Below, one piece after another: positions 29,501 through 42,090 of a stretch of 64,000 nt of DNA. The notes below the pieces were generated by a model. It saw nothing but the letters and a program-made list of their open reading frames with translations. It searched no databases and was not told the DNA's origin. Position numbers and translations under genes: made by a program. This DNA is from an uncultured Chloroflexia bacterium (GTDB lineage: Bacteria > Chloroflexota > Limnocylindria > Limnocylindrales > CSP1-4), in contig CAWHDR010000001.1 in assembly GCA_963828165.1 (NCBI GenBank), positions 2,400,001 to 2,464,000 on the forward strand. Direction: 5' to 3'. The first letter of the stretch is position 1. Each line of letters opens with the position of its first letter.

Positions 29501-30448
29501 CTACTGGTCGGCGTTCGCCTCGGCGGCATCGATGGCCGCGGCCAGATCCGCACCCGCCACGCCGCGGGGCTCCTTGCCCTTGGGCCAGTACAGCTCCTTC
29601 TTGACCGCCTCCTCGGGCAGCCCGAGGTCCAGGAGCGTCTGCTCTGCGGACAGGATCATGTCCGGGTTGCCGCACAGGTACGCGATCGTGTCGGCCGGAT
29701 CGAGCCCGAACTCGTTCATGACCGGTGCCACGATCGTCTCGACGCGGCCGGTCCGACCCGTCCAGCCGGCGTTCGACGGATCGTCCGGACGCGAGACGGT
29801 CGGCACGAACGTGACCGGGTACTCCCCGGATGCTTCCCAGCCAGCCACGAGCTCGCGATAGCCAAGGTCGCGCTCGTGGGACACGCCATTGAGGAAGATC
29901 GCGCGCCGCGGCCGGCCGGCAGCGAGGGCATCCCGCATCATCGAGACAAACGGCGCGTTGCCCGTCCCCGACGACACGAACAGGTGGGCTCGGTCGTCGT
30001 CGGGCTCCAGCAGGAACTTGCCCTTCGGGCCGATCATCCGCATCCGGTGACCCACGGGCAGGTCCCAGAGAAGCGGCGTGAACGTTCCACCGACCACGAG
30101 CCGCAGGTAGAACTCGTACCCCGTGTCGCCCGCGACGCCGGGCGCCGACGCGACCGAGTAGGGCCGCTGCACGATCTTGCCGTCGACGAATACGCCGATC
30201 GTCATGTACTGCCCGGGCTCGAACGGGGTCGGCTCGTCGTCGAAGCGCACCCAGAAGTAGGCCAGGCTGTCGTGCTGGTCCATGCGCTTCACGAGCGTCG
30301 CGTTGTAACGCTCGTCGTCGGTGGCGATGATGCCGGGCGGCGGTTCCGTCGCGGTGCTGGTGGGACCCGTGGCACCCGCGGCAGCGGCGGTGCCCGCGGC
30401 GGCGGCCTCGGTGGCGGCGACGCCGGCGTTACCGGCGATATCGGTCAT
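29501..30448 (-). CDS. Ferredoxin-NADP+ reductase (FNR family)
   Basis: FEPGQY, RPYSVAS, GPKGKF, SGTGNAPF, YLCGNPDM, KELYW. Confidence 0.9.
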   Translation of the reverse strand: MTDIAGNAGVAATEAAAAGTAAAAGATGPTSTATEPPPGIIATDDERYNATLVKRMDQHDSLAYFWVRFDDEPTPFEPGQYMTIGVFVDGKIVQRPYSVASAPGVAGDTGYEFYLRLVVGGTFTPLLWDLPVGHRMRMIGPKGKFLLEPDDDRAHLFVSSGTGNAPFVSMMRDALAAGRPRRAIFLNGVSHERDLGYRELVAGWEASGEYPVTFVPTVSRPDDPSNAGWTGRTGRVETIVAPVMNEFGLDPADTIAYLCGNPDMILSAEQTLLDLGLPEEAVKKELYWPKGKEPRGVAGADLAAAIDAAEANADQ

Positions 30449-30503
30449 GGCAGGGAAGTCTCCCGTCCTTCGTTCCGTGGGATGGTACCCGGACCCGGCA
30501 GCC

Positions 30504-32540
30504 CTAGAGCAGCGCCGGACGTTGCCACGCAGCGTCCAGCACGTACTGGTCCAGGAACGCGAGCACGGTCTCGTACCAGACCCGCGCGTTCTGCGGCTTC
30601 GCGATCCAGTGGTTCTCGTCGGGGAAGTACAGGAACTTGGCGTCCACCCCGTGGCGCTGCAGGTCGGTCCACAGGCGCAGGGCCTCGGAGATCGGCACGC
30701 GTGCATCGAGCTCGCCGTGGATCACGAGCATCGGCGTCCTGATGTCGGCCAGGGCCCGTGACGGGGAGTTGTCGAGGTAGCGGGACGCATCCTCGTACGG
30801 GTTGCCGATCTCCTGCTCCCAGGCGATCCCGTCATCGGTCGTACCGTGGAAGCCGCGCAGCTCCCACAGCGAGGCGTGCGTGACGATCGCCTTGAAGCGG
30901 TCGGTGTGACCGGCGACCCAGTTGGCCATGTAGCCACCGAACGAACCGCCCATCAGCGCGGTCCTCGTCCCGTCGATATCGGGGCGCTCCAGCACGCCGT
31001 CCACCGCGGTCAGCACGTCCGTGTACGGCCGCTCCCCCCAGGTGCCCCAGCCGCGGTCGATGAAGGCCTGCCCGTACCCCGTCGAGAGCGCCGGATCGGG
31101 CATGAGGACCGCGTACCCGCGCTCAACGAGCAGGTTGGCGTTCCAGCGCCACGACCAGCCGGCCCAGGTCCCGAGCGGACCGCCATGCACGAACACGACC
31201 AGCGGCGCCGGCTTCTCGCTCGACGCCCCCGCGGGCCGCATCAGCCACGAGCCGATGGCCACGCCGTCGTCCGCCTTGGCGCTCAGCCGCTCGACGACCC
31301 CGGTCCGCGGCAGCTCATCGGCCGGCGTCGCCGGCGATCGAACCTCCACGGGATCCTGGTCCGCGGCCCGCGCATCGAGCCGCACGACGTGGGGTGGCCG
31401 GTCGGGGCTCGCGCGCAACGCGAACACGGCGTCACCGTCGGGCGAGACCGCGATGTCGCTGAACGCGGCGCCGCCGGCCAGCCGCGTGACGGCGTCGCTC
31501 GCGAGGTCTACCCGGTAGATCGACACGCCGCCCTCGTCGTCCGCGGTGAACAGGATCGCCCCGCCGTCCGGTGTCCAGACCGGCGAGACCGGCCATCGAT
31601 CCAGGCTGCCGGCCACGACCCGCGCGTCGCCGGTGTCGAGGTCGTAGACGGCCAGCTCGAACCGCTCCGGGACGTCGGGTGCCGATTCGCGTCCGCGCGC
31701 GACGGCCAGCTGCCGGCCGTCCGGCGAGAAGGCGGGCGCTGCCGACCAGCCGACTTCGCCGGTGAGGTTCCGCCGTTCGCGCGTGGATCGATCGATGACG
31801 ACGATGTCGTCACCCGTCGCCCCGGGGCGGAATCGCCGCCAGGTGGTCGCCACCGAGCGGCCATCCGGAGCGATGTCGAAGTCGGGCTCGGGGAGGGCGG
31901 TGCCGCTCGGACCGGTCAGATCCTCGGCGTCGAGGGGTCCGTCGTCGCCGGGCGCCTCGGCGATGAAATAGCGGCCGTCGCGCGGCCCCAGGTAGTGATC
32001 CCAGTACCGGATCGGGTAGCCCTCGAACAGCAACGCCGACACGCCAGCGTCCTTGCGAGCCTTCTGACGCTCACGGTCGGCGTCGAAATCGTCGACGTCG
32101 ATATGTAGCGGCGCCAGGAGCAGGATCGTTCCGGAATCGCGAGCGACGGCGACGCCCGCGATGCCACCCGCCGGCGCCAGCAGGAGCCGCGCCTCGCCGC
32201 TAGCCGCGGGGAGGTGCCACAGCGCCGTCGGCGGCTTCTCGTCCGGCTTGTCGCCCGGTTTGTCAGCCGCCTTGGCGTCCGGGTCGGGGCGGGCAGACGT
32301 GAACAGGAGCGAGCCATCGGGCAGGAACTCGGCGTTGCTCTCACCCACGGCCGACCGGGTCAGCCGGCGCGGAGCCGTCTCGCCGGTCGGATCGACCTGC
32401 CACAGCGCGGAGCGGAGGTCCTTGCCGTCGGGGCCAGGGGTCGCCACCGCCACCACCAACCGCGATCCGTCGGGCGACAACCGGAGCCCGGAGAGACGCG
32501 GAAGCGCGACGAAATGTTCGAAATCGAAGGGTTCGGTCAT
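30504..32540 (-). CDS. S9 family peptidase (prolyl oligopeptidase/acylaminoacyl peptidase)
   Basis: Beta-propeller repeats (SPDG), VHGGP, GGSFGG, HGELDARV, DENH. Confidence 0.94.
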   Translation of the reverse strand: MTEPFDFEHFVALPRLSGLRLSPDGSRLVVAVATPGPDGKDLRSALWQVDPTGETAPRRLTRSAVGESNAEFLPDGSLLFTSARPDPDAKAADKPGDKPDEKPPTALWHLPAASGEARLLLAPAGGIAGVAVARDSGTILLLAPLHIDVDDFDADRERQKARKDAGVSALLFEGYPIRYWDHYLGPRDGRYFIAEAPGDDGPLDAEDLTGPSGTALPEPDFDIAPDGRSVATTWRRFRPGATGDDIVVIDRSTRERRNLTGEVGWSAAPAFSPDGRQLAVARGRESAPDVPERFELAVYDLDTGDARVVAGSLDRWPVSPVWTPDGGAILFTADDEGGVSIYRVDLASDAVTRLAGGAAFSDIAVSPDGDAVFALRASPDRPPHVVRLDARAADQDPVEVRSPATPADELPRTGVVERLSAKADDGVAIGSWLMRPAGASSEKPAPLVVFVHGGPLGTWAGWSWRWNANLLVERGYAVLMPDPALSTGYGQAFIDRGWGTWGERPYTDVLTAVDGVLERPDIDGTRTALMGGSFGGYMANWVAGHTDRFKAIVTHASLWELRGFHGTTDDGIAWEQEIGNPYEDASRYLDNSPSRALADIRTPMLVIHGELDARVPISEALRLWTDLQRHGVDAKFLYFPDENHWIAKPQNARVWYETVLAFLDQYVLDAAWQRPALL

Positions 32541-32590
32541 GTGCCCAAGTTTGGCAGACGGCGCTGCCGCACCCGTCCGAGCCTGCACCC

Positions 32591-32614
32591 GTCATCGGTC
32601 ATTCGACCGATGAC
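32591..32614. promoter_or_regulatory. Perfect 10-4-10 palindromic operator
   Basis: GTCATCGGTC-ATTC-GACCGATGAC between the divergent S9 and LuxR genes, upstream of a TACACT -10 at 32632. Confidence 0.7.
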
Positions 32615-32644
32615 CTGCGACCGTCACGATCTACACTCGGCCCG

Positions 32645-35530
32645 ATGCATGCCACCACCGGCACGGTTCGAAGCCCGCTCCTCATCGGGCGCGACGACCT
32701 GCTCGAGCTCGCCGAGCGTCGTCTCGACGACGTAGAGGCGGGCCGCGGTCAGTTCCTTCTCGTCGCCGGAGAGGCGGGCGTCGGCAAGTCGCGGTTCATG
32801 GACGCGATCAGCCGCAAGGCGACCGAGCGTGGGATGGCCGAGGCCTGGGGGTTGTTGGCTCCGCAGGACATGGAGGTCCCGGCGGCATCCATCCTGGACC
32901 TGGCGCGGTCGATGCAACGCATGCCGATCCTCGCCGATCTCGGCAACGACCTCCTGGCCTTGCGCGAGCAGGGGCCTGACTTCGCCCAGACCGGCCGTCG
33001 ACGCCTCGTGATGGACATCGTCGACCGAATCCTGGCCGGGCTACCCGGGAGGATGTCCCTCTATTTCGAGGATCTCCAGTGGGCGGACGACGTGAGCCTG
33101 GAGGTCATCGCGGAGCTCGCGCGCCGGTCGCGCGACCGATCGCTCCTGCTGACGGCCGGCTATCGAACCGATGAAGCCGTGCTCAGCACGAGCCTGCGAG
33201 ACTGGCGATCACGCCTCCTGACCCAGCGGATCGCCGAGGAAGTGCGGCTCGGACCGTTGTCCGCGGTCGAAACGGCGCTGGTGACCACGCTCATCCTCGA
33301 TACCGGGCTTCCGGCGCCACGCGAAGTGGCGTCGGCCGTGTACGAACGGACCGACGGTATCCCGCTCCACATCGAGGAACTCCTGGGCGCCCTCAGTGCG
33401 GAGGGGCGGGCCAGCGGCCTCGCGATCCGAGAGGCGGTCGTTCCAGACTCGATCGAGGATGCGGTGCTGAGCCGAATCGCCCACCGATCGACCGAAGCGC
33501 AGGCTGCGGCCCGCGCGGGCGCGGTCATCGGGCGGTGCTTCACGGCCGATGTCCTGGCAGGGATCATGGACCTGCCGGTCGAGGCGCTCGACGGCCCACT
33601 CCAGGAGCTCGTCGATCATTTCGTGCTTGGTTGGCCGGGGCCGAGCGGGCTGTTCGATTTCCAGCATCAGCTGCTCCGCGATGCCCTGTATCGCAGCGTC
33701 TCGGTCGGCGATCGACGTCGGTTCCATGCCCGCGCCGCGGAATTCGGAGCGCATCTGGAGGGGCAGTCGGAGATCCACGCGTCCGCCCATTTCGAGCGCG
33801 CCGGCCTCCGACAACGGGCGTTCGAGACGGCCCTGGCGGGGGCGCGCGAAGTCGCGCGGATATCCGCGCACCGGGAGGCGTTCGAGCTATACCGGCGGAC
33901 CGTGGACAACCTCCCGGACGACCTCGCACATCAAGAACGCGCCGAGATCCTGGAGGCCTACAGCATCGAGGCCGAAGCCATCGAGGAGAACGCGATCGCG
34001 GAACGCGTGGGGAGAGACGCGGCCGAGGCGTATCGGGCGGCCGGCAAGCCCGCCACGGCGATCCTCGCGATGTCCGCTGTGTACTCCGCGTGGCGGCGCG
34101 AGGGTCGACCGGTCTCCGAACGAGTCGCGCTCATGAGCGAGCTGCTGACGGAGCTTGATGGGCTGTCGCCGGGCACGCCCGACCTGGCCATGGCCCGGGC
34201 AGACCTGTCCATCTACCTGGCGATGACCCTCGTTGACGGGCGCGCGTTGCCGGAAGCCCGCGCACTCCTCCGTTCGTCGGGAGCCTTCGCAGCGGAGGCC
34301 GGTCACGAGGACCTGCGCTTGGTCACGGACTGGAAGACCGCGCTGGCGGACTTCGCCGACGGCGACGTGCATGCGGCCATCGCCCGCGTCGGTGCAGCAG
34401 CCGTGCAGGCGGAGGGCGCCGGATTCGAGGCGACCGGGGTCTCGGCGTTCCGAGATGCGGCCACGCTCGCCGTCGCCGGGATGCAGTACGAGGAGGCCGC
34501 GCGCTGGATCAACGAGGGTCTGCGGTACGCGGACTCGATCGAACAATCGCATTGCGCGCATGTGATGAGCGCGACCTCCGCCATGGTGTCCTGGGCCGCC
34601 TCGGACTGGGTGGCGGCGGAAGTCCGCGCACGACAGGCGATCGCCGACCGGGGATGCCGGCGGGGAGCCGCGATGGCGCGGTGGGCGTTGGGGTACGTCG
34701 CTCTGGGCCGGGGCGATCTCGCTGCCGCGACCAACGAGCTTACGGAGGCGCTCCAGTTCGGAGAGACGAGCCAGGAGATCGACCTGATCCTGCCGCCGCT
34801 GTGGGGATTGGCTGAGGTCGCCGCAGCGGCCGGCGACCCGGAACGGGCCTTCGCCCTGTGCCACGACGCACTCGAGCGAGCGCTTGCGGTCGGCGAGCGG
34901 ACGCTGCTGACACCCTTCGTCGTGACCGGCGTCCGCGCCGCACAGTCGGCGGGTCGTCCGGATGAGGGAGCGTCATGGTTCCGGACCTGTGTCGCTCACC
35001 TCGAAACCATCCCGAACGTGTCAGATGCCGCGCTCGCGCACGGCCGAGGACTCGTGGCGATGGCTGAAGGCGCCACCGGCGTCGCCCGCGTCGCACTCGA
35101 GTCGGCGCTGGCCGGCTGGGATGCGCTTGGGCGCGTGTGGGAGTCGACCTGGGTCCGCCTTGACCTTGCCCAGTGCCTCATCCGTTCGACGCGGTTCGCG
35201 CAGGCCGTGGGCGTCAGCGTGGAGGCGCACGCGATGGCCAGCCAGCTGGACTCGATCATGCTCGTCCATCGAGCCGAGGCGTTGCAGCGGATGGCTCGTG
35301 GGCATGCTCCGGACGACGAGCCATGGCGACCCTTGACCGCTCGTGAGTTCGCCGTGGCCCGGCTGGTGGGTGAGGGCCGGACGAATGCCGAGATCGCCGA
35401 ATCACTCGGGATCGCTCCCAGGACCGCCAGCAGCCACGTGGAGCACATTCTGGCCAAGCTCGGGGCGGCGCGTCGCGCGGAGATCGCGACCTGGGCGAGC
35501 CACGTGCACGAGACGAGTACGCCCCACTGA
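32645..35530 (+). CDS. Large ATP-binding LuxR-family regulator (AAA_16 + TPR-like + LuxR HTH)
   Basis: LIGRDD, GEAGVGKS, FEDLQWAD, RTDGIPLHIEEL, LTAREFAVARLVGEGRTNAEIA...HVEHILAKLG. Confidence 0.94.
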   Translation: MHATTGTVRSPLLIGRDDLLELAERRLDDVEAGRGQFLLVAGEAGVGKSRFMDAISRKATERGMAEAWGLLAPQDMEVPAASILDLARSMQRMPILADLGNDLLALREQGPDFAQTGRRRLVMDIVDRILAGLPGRMSLYFEDLQWADDVSLEVIAELARRSRDRSLLLTAGYRTDEAVLSTSLRDWRSRLLTQRIAEEVRLGPLSAVETALVTTLILDTGLPAPREVASAVYERTDGIPLHIEELLGALSAEGRASGLAIREAVVPDSIEDAVLSRIAHRSTEAQAAARAGAVIGRCFTADVLAGIMDLPVEALDGPLQELVDHFVLGWPGPSGLFDFQHQLLRDALYRSVSVGDRRRFHARAAEFGAHLEGQSEIHASAHFERAGLRQRAFETALAGAREVARISAHREAFELYRRTVDNLPDDLAHQERAEILEAYSIEAEAIEENAIAERVGRDAAEAYRAAGKPATAILAMSAVYSAWRREGRPVSERVALMSELLTELDGLSPGTPDLAMARADLSIYLAMTLVDGRALPEARALLRSSGAFAAEAGHEDLRLVTDWKTALADFADGDVHAAIARVGAAAVQAEGAGFEATGVSAFRDAATLAVAGMQYEEAARWINEGLRYADSIEQSHCAHVMSATSAMVSWAASDWVAAEVRARQAIADRGCRRGAAMARWALGYVALGRGDLAAATNELTEALQFGETSQEIDLILPPLWGLAEVAAAAGDPERAFALCHDALERALAVGERTLLTPFVVTGVRAAQSAGRPDEGASWFRTCVAHLETIPNVSDAALAHGRGLVAMAEGATGVARVALESALAGWDALGRVWESTWVRLDLAQCLIRSTRFAQAVGVSVEAHAMASQLDSIMLVHRAEALQRMARGHAPDDEPWRPLTAREFAVARLVGEGRTNAEIAESLGIAPRTASSHVEHILAKLGAARRAEIATWASHVHETSTPH

Positions 35531-35698
35531 GCCCAGGCGAGCCAACCAGCGCCGAAGGTGCGATCGGTCGTCGCCAACTCCGCGGTCCGAGATGACGCGA
35601 TCCTGCGCGGCTCGGGCGAGGAGGTGCCCACCAGCTGCCTCCCGTCGAAGGTCATCGCGACGGTTTCCGGCGAGGGCCTCGTAGGCTGTCGGGTGCAT
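35402..35698 (-). CDS. Small hypothetical protein convergent with LuxR
   Basis: GGAGG RBS then MHPTAYEALAGNRRDDLRREA; 3' end overlaps the LuxR gene so the true stop is uncertain. Confidence 0.5.
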   Translation of the reverse strand: MHPTAYEALAGNRRDDLRREAAGGHLLARAAQDRVISDRGVGDDRSHLRRWLARLGSVGRTRLVHVARPGRDLRATRRPELGQNVLHVAAGGPGSDPE

Positions 35699-35760
35699 GA
35701 CGACCTCCATGTTCGGTTGCGGTGTCGATGCGACCCACGGTGGTCTGCGGCTGGGACCGC

Positions 35761-35784
35761 GTCATCCGTCGGACGACGGACGAG
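35761..35784. promoter_or_regulatory. Second copy of the LuxR-associated operator
   Basis: GTCATCCGTC-GGAC-GACGGACGAG, same 10-4-10 layout as 32591. Confidence 0.6.
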
Positions 35785-35946
35785 GGCCCGATACCGCGAC
35801 CGATGGCGGAGCCCGCTGCGATACGGAAGCGTGATGCCGACCCGCAACCCGAGGTGGCCGGGTCGCGACGGTACAATCCCTCCGACACACGACCGATGCC
35901 CACGAGCGGCGCCCGGAGCGGCCGCCGCAGCCCCCGGAGGCCCCCG

Positions 35947-38730
<2,784 letters not shown>

Positions 38731-38766
38731 GTCCGCGCGCCCACGACGATCTCTTGGATGCGCGCT

Positions 38767-40560
38767 CTAGAAGTGGGGCTCGTTCAGCAGCCAGCCGCGC
38801 TCGCTGAGCACGAGCTCCCAGCTGCCGGCGAACTGGCGCGGCGACGGGCCTGACGACCGGTACTCGGTGAGGGCGACCGAAACGAGTGCCGTGCCGGCAC
38901 GCAGGCTCATGCGCTCGATCCGCAAACGGGTGATGTCGATGCGCGTCGTCGGGGCGAACCGCCCGTCGATGTAGCCATCGGGCGGGTATCGCTCGCGCAT
39001 GCTGCGCGTCCAGAGTCGGGCGGCGGCATCGAATTCGTGCTGCTCCACGAGGTCATAGAACAGTCGCACCGTCTCCGCGGGATCACGTGCCGGGGCCGTC
39101 GAGCCGGTATCCGGTCGTGGTGTCGGCCGCGCGGTGGGTCGCGCCGTCGGCGGCGCTGTCGGCGCAACGGTGGGCTGCGGGGTCGGCGCGGCGGTCGGCA
39201 CGGGCGTGGGCGTTGGCGTTGGCGTCGGCGTTGGCGTCGGCCTGACGGTTGGGATCGGAGATGGGGTCGCCGGGGGCGTCGGGACCAGGGTCGCCTCGGG
39301 CGTGGTCACGACGGCGGCGTCCGAGGCTCGCGGTGGCGACGTCTCGCCGAGCACGGACCCACTGAGCCCGCGGCCGACCAGCGTGGCCGTGGCGACGAGG
39401 ACGGCGATCGACAACAGCGCCAGGCTGAGCCCAGCCGCGATCGCGACGGGGGCGATCGTTCGCCGCCGACGCCGCGTGCGAGCCCCGGTCCGCGCGGCCA
39501 CGGCGCCGCGCGCCGGGGAGGTGGACGGAGGGATCGCGTCGTGCGTATCGTCGAGGTGGTCGACGGGCACGACGGGCACGATGGGCACGATGGGAACGAC
39601 GGACGTCGGATCCTGGTCCCAGCCGCCCGCCCCGGATTCCTCACGGGCCCGGGTCAAGGTCGCGGCCCCAGCGGCCGCGCCGGTCGCCCGGGCGGCTCGC
39701 GCGCCGAATCCGCGGCGGCGGATCCCGCCAAGCTCGGCGATGCGGAAGCGTTCGAGCTCACCGGCCAGCTCGGCTGCCGACGGGTGGCGCGCCTCGGGGT
39801 CCACATCGAGCGCGCGCATCACGATGGCCGCGAGGCTCTCGGGCACGTCGGGTCGGATCTCGCGCACGGGGCGGGGAGGCACGCGCAGGCGTTCCAGCGC
39901 GACCGCGGCGGGCGATGGCCCGTCGAACGGACGCATGCCGGTCAGGGCCTCGTACAGCACGATGCCCAGCGAGTAGATGTCCGAGCGCGGGGTCACTGGT
40001 TCGCCCGAGACCTGCTCTGGGCTGGCGTATTGCGCCGACCCGAGGATCGCCCCCGATGTCGTACCCCCGACGTCATTCGCGGCACGGGCGATCCCGAAGT
40101 CAGCGACCCGCGCCTTACCGTCGTCGCCGATCAGGATGTTCGCGGGCTTGATGTCGCGATGGACGATGCCGTGCTCGTGAGCGAACTGGAGAGCATTGGC
40201 GGTCTCGATGCCGACTCGAACGGTGAACCCGATCGACAGCGCCCGGTTGCGGCCGATGACCTCGCGGAGATCCAGGCCGTCGACCAGGCTCATCACGATG
40301 AAATCGCCACTTGCCTCGTCGGCACCGGTGTCGTGGATCGTGACGATGTTCGGATGGAGGAGGGCCGCAGCATTTCGCGCCTCCCGACGGAAGCGCTCCA
40401 CGAAGGCGACGTCCTCCGCGAACGCCGGTCGCAGCACCTTGACGGCGACATCTCGGGCCAACATCTCGTCCCGCGCGCGGTATACGACGGCCATGCCCCC
40501 CTGGCCGATCATCTCGAGCAGGCGATAGCGTCCGGACAGCACGCGTCCCGTCATCGTCAT
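38767..40560 (-). CDS. Membrane Ser/Thr protein kinase with Pro/Thr linker and extracellular C-terminal domain
   Basis: IGQGGMAVVY, VAVK, HRDIKPAN, DFGIA, SPEQ, one TM segment, PT repeats. Confidence 0.93.
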   Translation of the reverse strand: MTMTGRVLSGRYRLLEMIGQGGMAVVYRARDEMLARDVAVKVLRPAFAEDVAFVERFRREARNAAALLHPNIVTIHDTGADEASGDFIVMSLVDGLDLREVIGRNRALSIGFTVRVGIETANALQFAHEHGIVHRDIKPANILIGDDGKARVADFGIARAANDVGGTTSGAILGSAQYASPEQVSGEPVTPRSDIYSLGIVLYEALTGMRPFDGPSPAAVALERLRVPPRPVREIRPDVPESLAAIVMRALDVDPEARHPSAAELAGELERFRIAELGGIRRRGFGARAARATGAAAGAATLTRAREESGAGGWDQDPTSVVPIVPIVPVVPVDHLDDTHDAIPPSTSPARGAVAARTGARTRRRRRTIAPVAIAAGLSLALLSIAVLVATATLVGRGLSGSVLGETSPPRASDAAVVTTPEATLVPTPPATPSPIPTVRPTPTPTPTPTPTPVPTAAPTPQPTVAPTAPPTARPTARPTPRPDTGSTAPARDPAETVRLFYDLVEQHEFDAAARLWTRSMRERYPPDGYIDGRFAPTTRIDITRLRIERMSLRAGTALVSVALTEYRSSGPSPRQFAGSWELVLSERGWLLNEPHF

Positions 40561-40650
40561 GGGTCGATTCAGCGGCACCGAGGGTCGCAGCGCGGCTTCA
40601 GCCGAGCCCGAGGCCTCACGACGGGGTTGCATCGCGCTAGAATTCGACAC

Positions 40651-42090
40651 ATGACGACTCAGGCGCCCGCCAGGCCGGCCCGCCATCGCGTCGCGATCGT
40701 GGGCGGCGGGTTCGGCGGGCTGTACGCGGCGCGTAGCCTCGGCCACGACCCGGAGGTGGCGGTCACGCTCGTCGACCGGCGCAACTTCCACCTGTTCCAG
40801 CCGATGCTCTACCAGGTGGCTACCGGGGCGCTGTCGCCCGGGGAGATCGCCCAGCCGCTGCGCTCGGTGCTGCGCCGGCAGCGCAACACGACGGTCATCC
40901 TGGGCGAGGCGGTCGATCTGGACGTCGAGGGTCGGCGGGTGATCCTGTCTGACGGCGGACCCATCGAGTACGACTCCCTCATCGTCGCCACGGGCGCCGG
41001 GCACACCTATTTCGGGCACGACGAGTGGAAAGCCGTGGCTCCGGGCCTCAAGACCCTCGAGGACGCGCTGGAGATCCGCAAGCGCATCCTCATCGCGTTC
41101 GAGGCCGCGGAACGGGAAGCCGATCCGGACCGGCGGCGCGAGTGGATGACGTTCGTGATCGTCGGCGGCGGGCCGACCGGCGTCGAGCTCGCAGGCTCCA
41201 TCGGCGAGATCGCCCGCGACACGCTGCGTCGCGACTTCCGGGCGATCAACCCGGCCGACGCCACGATCCTCCTGGTCGAGGCGATGGATCGGGTCCTGCC
41301 GCCCTATCCGCCCGATCGCTCCGCGTCGGCACGGCGCCAGCTCGAGCGTCTGGGCGTGACGGTCCGCACGGGCACCCGGGTCACGGACATCGACGAGCGG
41401 TCGGTGCACGTCGTGGACACCCAGGCGGGCGAGGGCGCGCCCGAGGAGGTCATCCCGGCCCACACGGTGCTGTGGGCCGCCGGCGTGCTCGCCTCATCGT
41501 TCGCCCGACGGGTGGCCGCGGTCACCGGCGCCGAAACGGACCGCAACGGCCGGGTCCTCGTCGGGCCCGACCTCACCGTGCCGGGCCACCCAGAGATCTT
41601 CGTGGTCGGGGATGCGGCTGTGCAGCCCTGGAAGGAGGGGAAACCCACGCCCGGCGTCGCCCAGGGCGGCATCCAGGGCGGCTCGTACGCCGCCGGGGTC
41701 ATCCGGCGCCGGGTGCTCGATCGGCCGCACGAGCCGTTCCGATACCGCAACAAGGGCGATGTCGCGGTCATCGGCCGGCTCGCCGGCGTGACGAACATCC
41801 CGTGGCTGGGCCCGTTCGGCCGGCAGGGCGGGTTCACCGCCTGGCTGCTCTGGCTCGGGATCCACATCGCGTACCTGATCGGGTTCGCCAATCGGATCGT
41901 GGTGATCGTCCGCTGGGCGGGCAGCTTCCTGACCCATGGCCGCGGGACGCGCCTGATCACGGGCGGACCGCTGCTCCCCGAGATCGAGGAGCCCGAACCG
42001 CCGGTCATCGCCGACGCGGAGGACGAGGTCGCGATCGAGACGGCCACCGAGCCGAAGCCGCCCGCGGCGTCCGTTGTCTCCGGGGGTTAG
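40651..42090 (+). CDS. ndh: Type II NADH:quinone oxidoreductase
   Basis: IVGGGFGG, FQPMLYQVATG, IVGGGPTGVELAG, WAAGV, FVVGD. Confidence 0.92.
   Translation: MTTQAPARPARHRVAIVGGGFGGLYAARSLGHDPEVAVTLVDRRNFHLFQPMLYQVATGALSPGEIAQPLRSVLRRQRNTTVILGEAVDLDVEGRRVILSDGGPIEYDSLIVATGAGHTYFGHDEWKAVAPGLKTLEDALEIRKRILIAFEAAEREADPDRRREWMTFVIVGGGPTGVELAGSIGEIARDTLRRDFRAINPADATILLVEAMDRVLPPYPPDRSASARRQLERLGVTVRTGTRVTDIDERSVHVVDTQAGEGAPEEVIPAHTVLWAAGVLASSFARRVAAVTGAETDRNGRVLVGPDLTVPGHPEIFVVGDAAVQPWKEGKPTPGVAQGGIQGGSYAAGVIRRRVLDRPHEPFRYRNKGDVAVIGRLAGVTNIPWLGPFGRQGGFTAWLLWLGIHIAYLIGFANRIVVIVRWAGSFLTHGRGTRLITGGPLLPEIEEPEPPVIADAEDEVAIETATEPKPPAASVVSGG

Noticed and set aside
39120-39300. Tandem hexamer repeat as a contingency locus
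   Set aside because: In-frame, degenerate, and explained by the Pro/Thr linker of the kinase.
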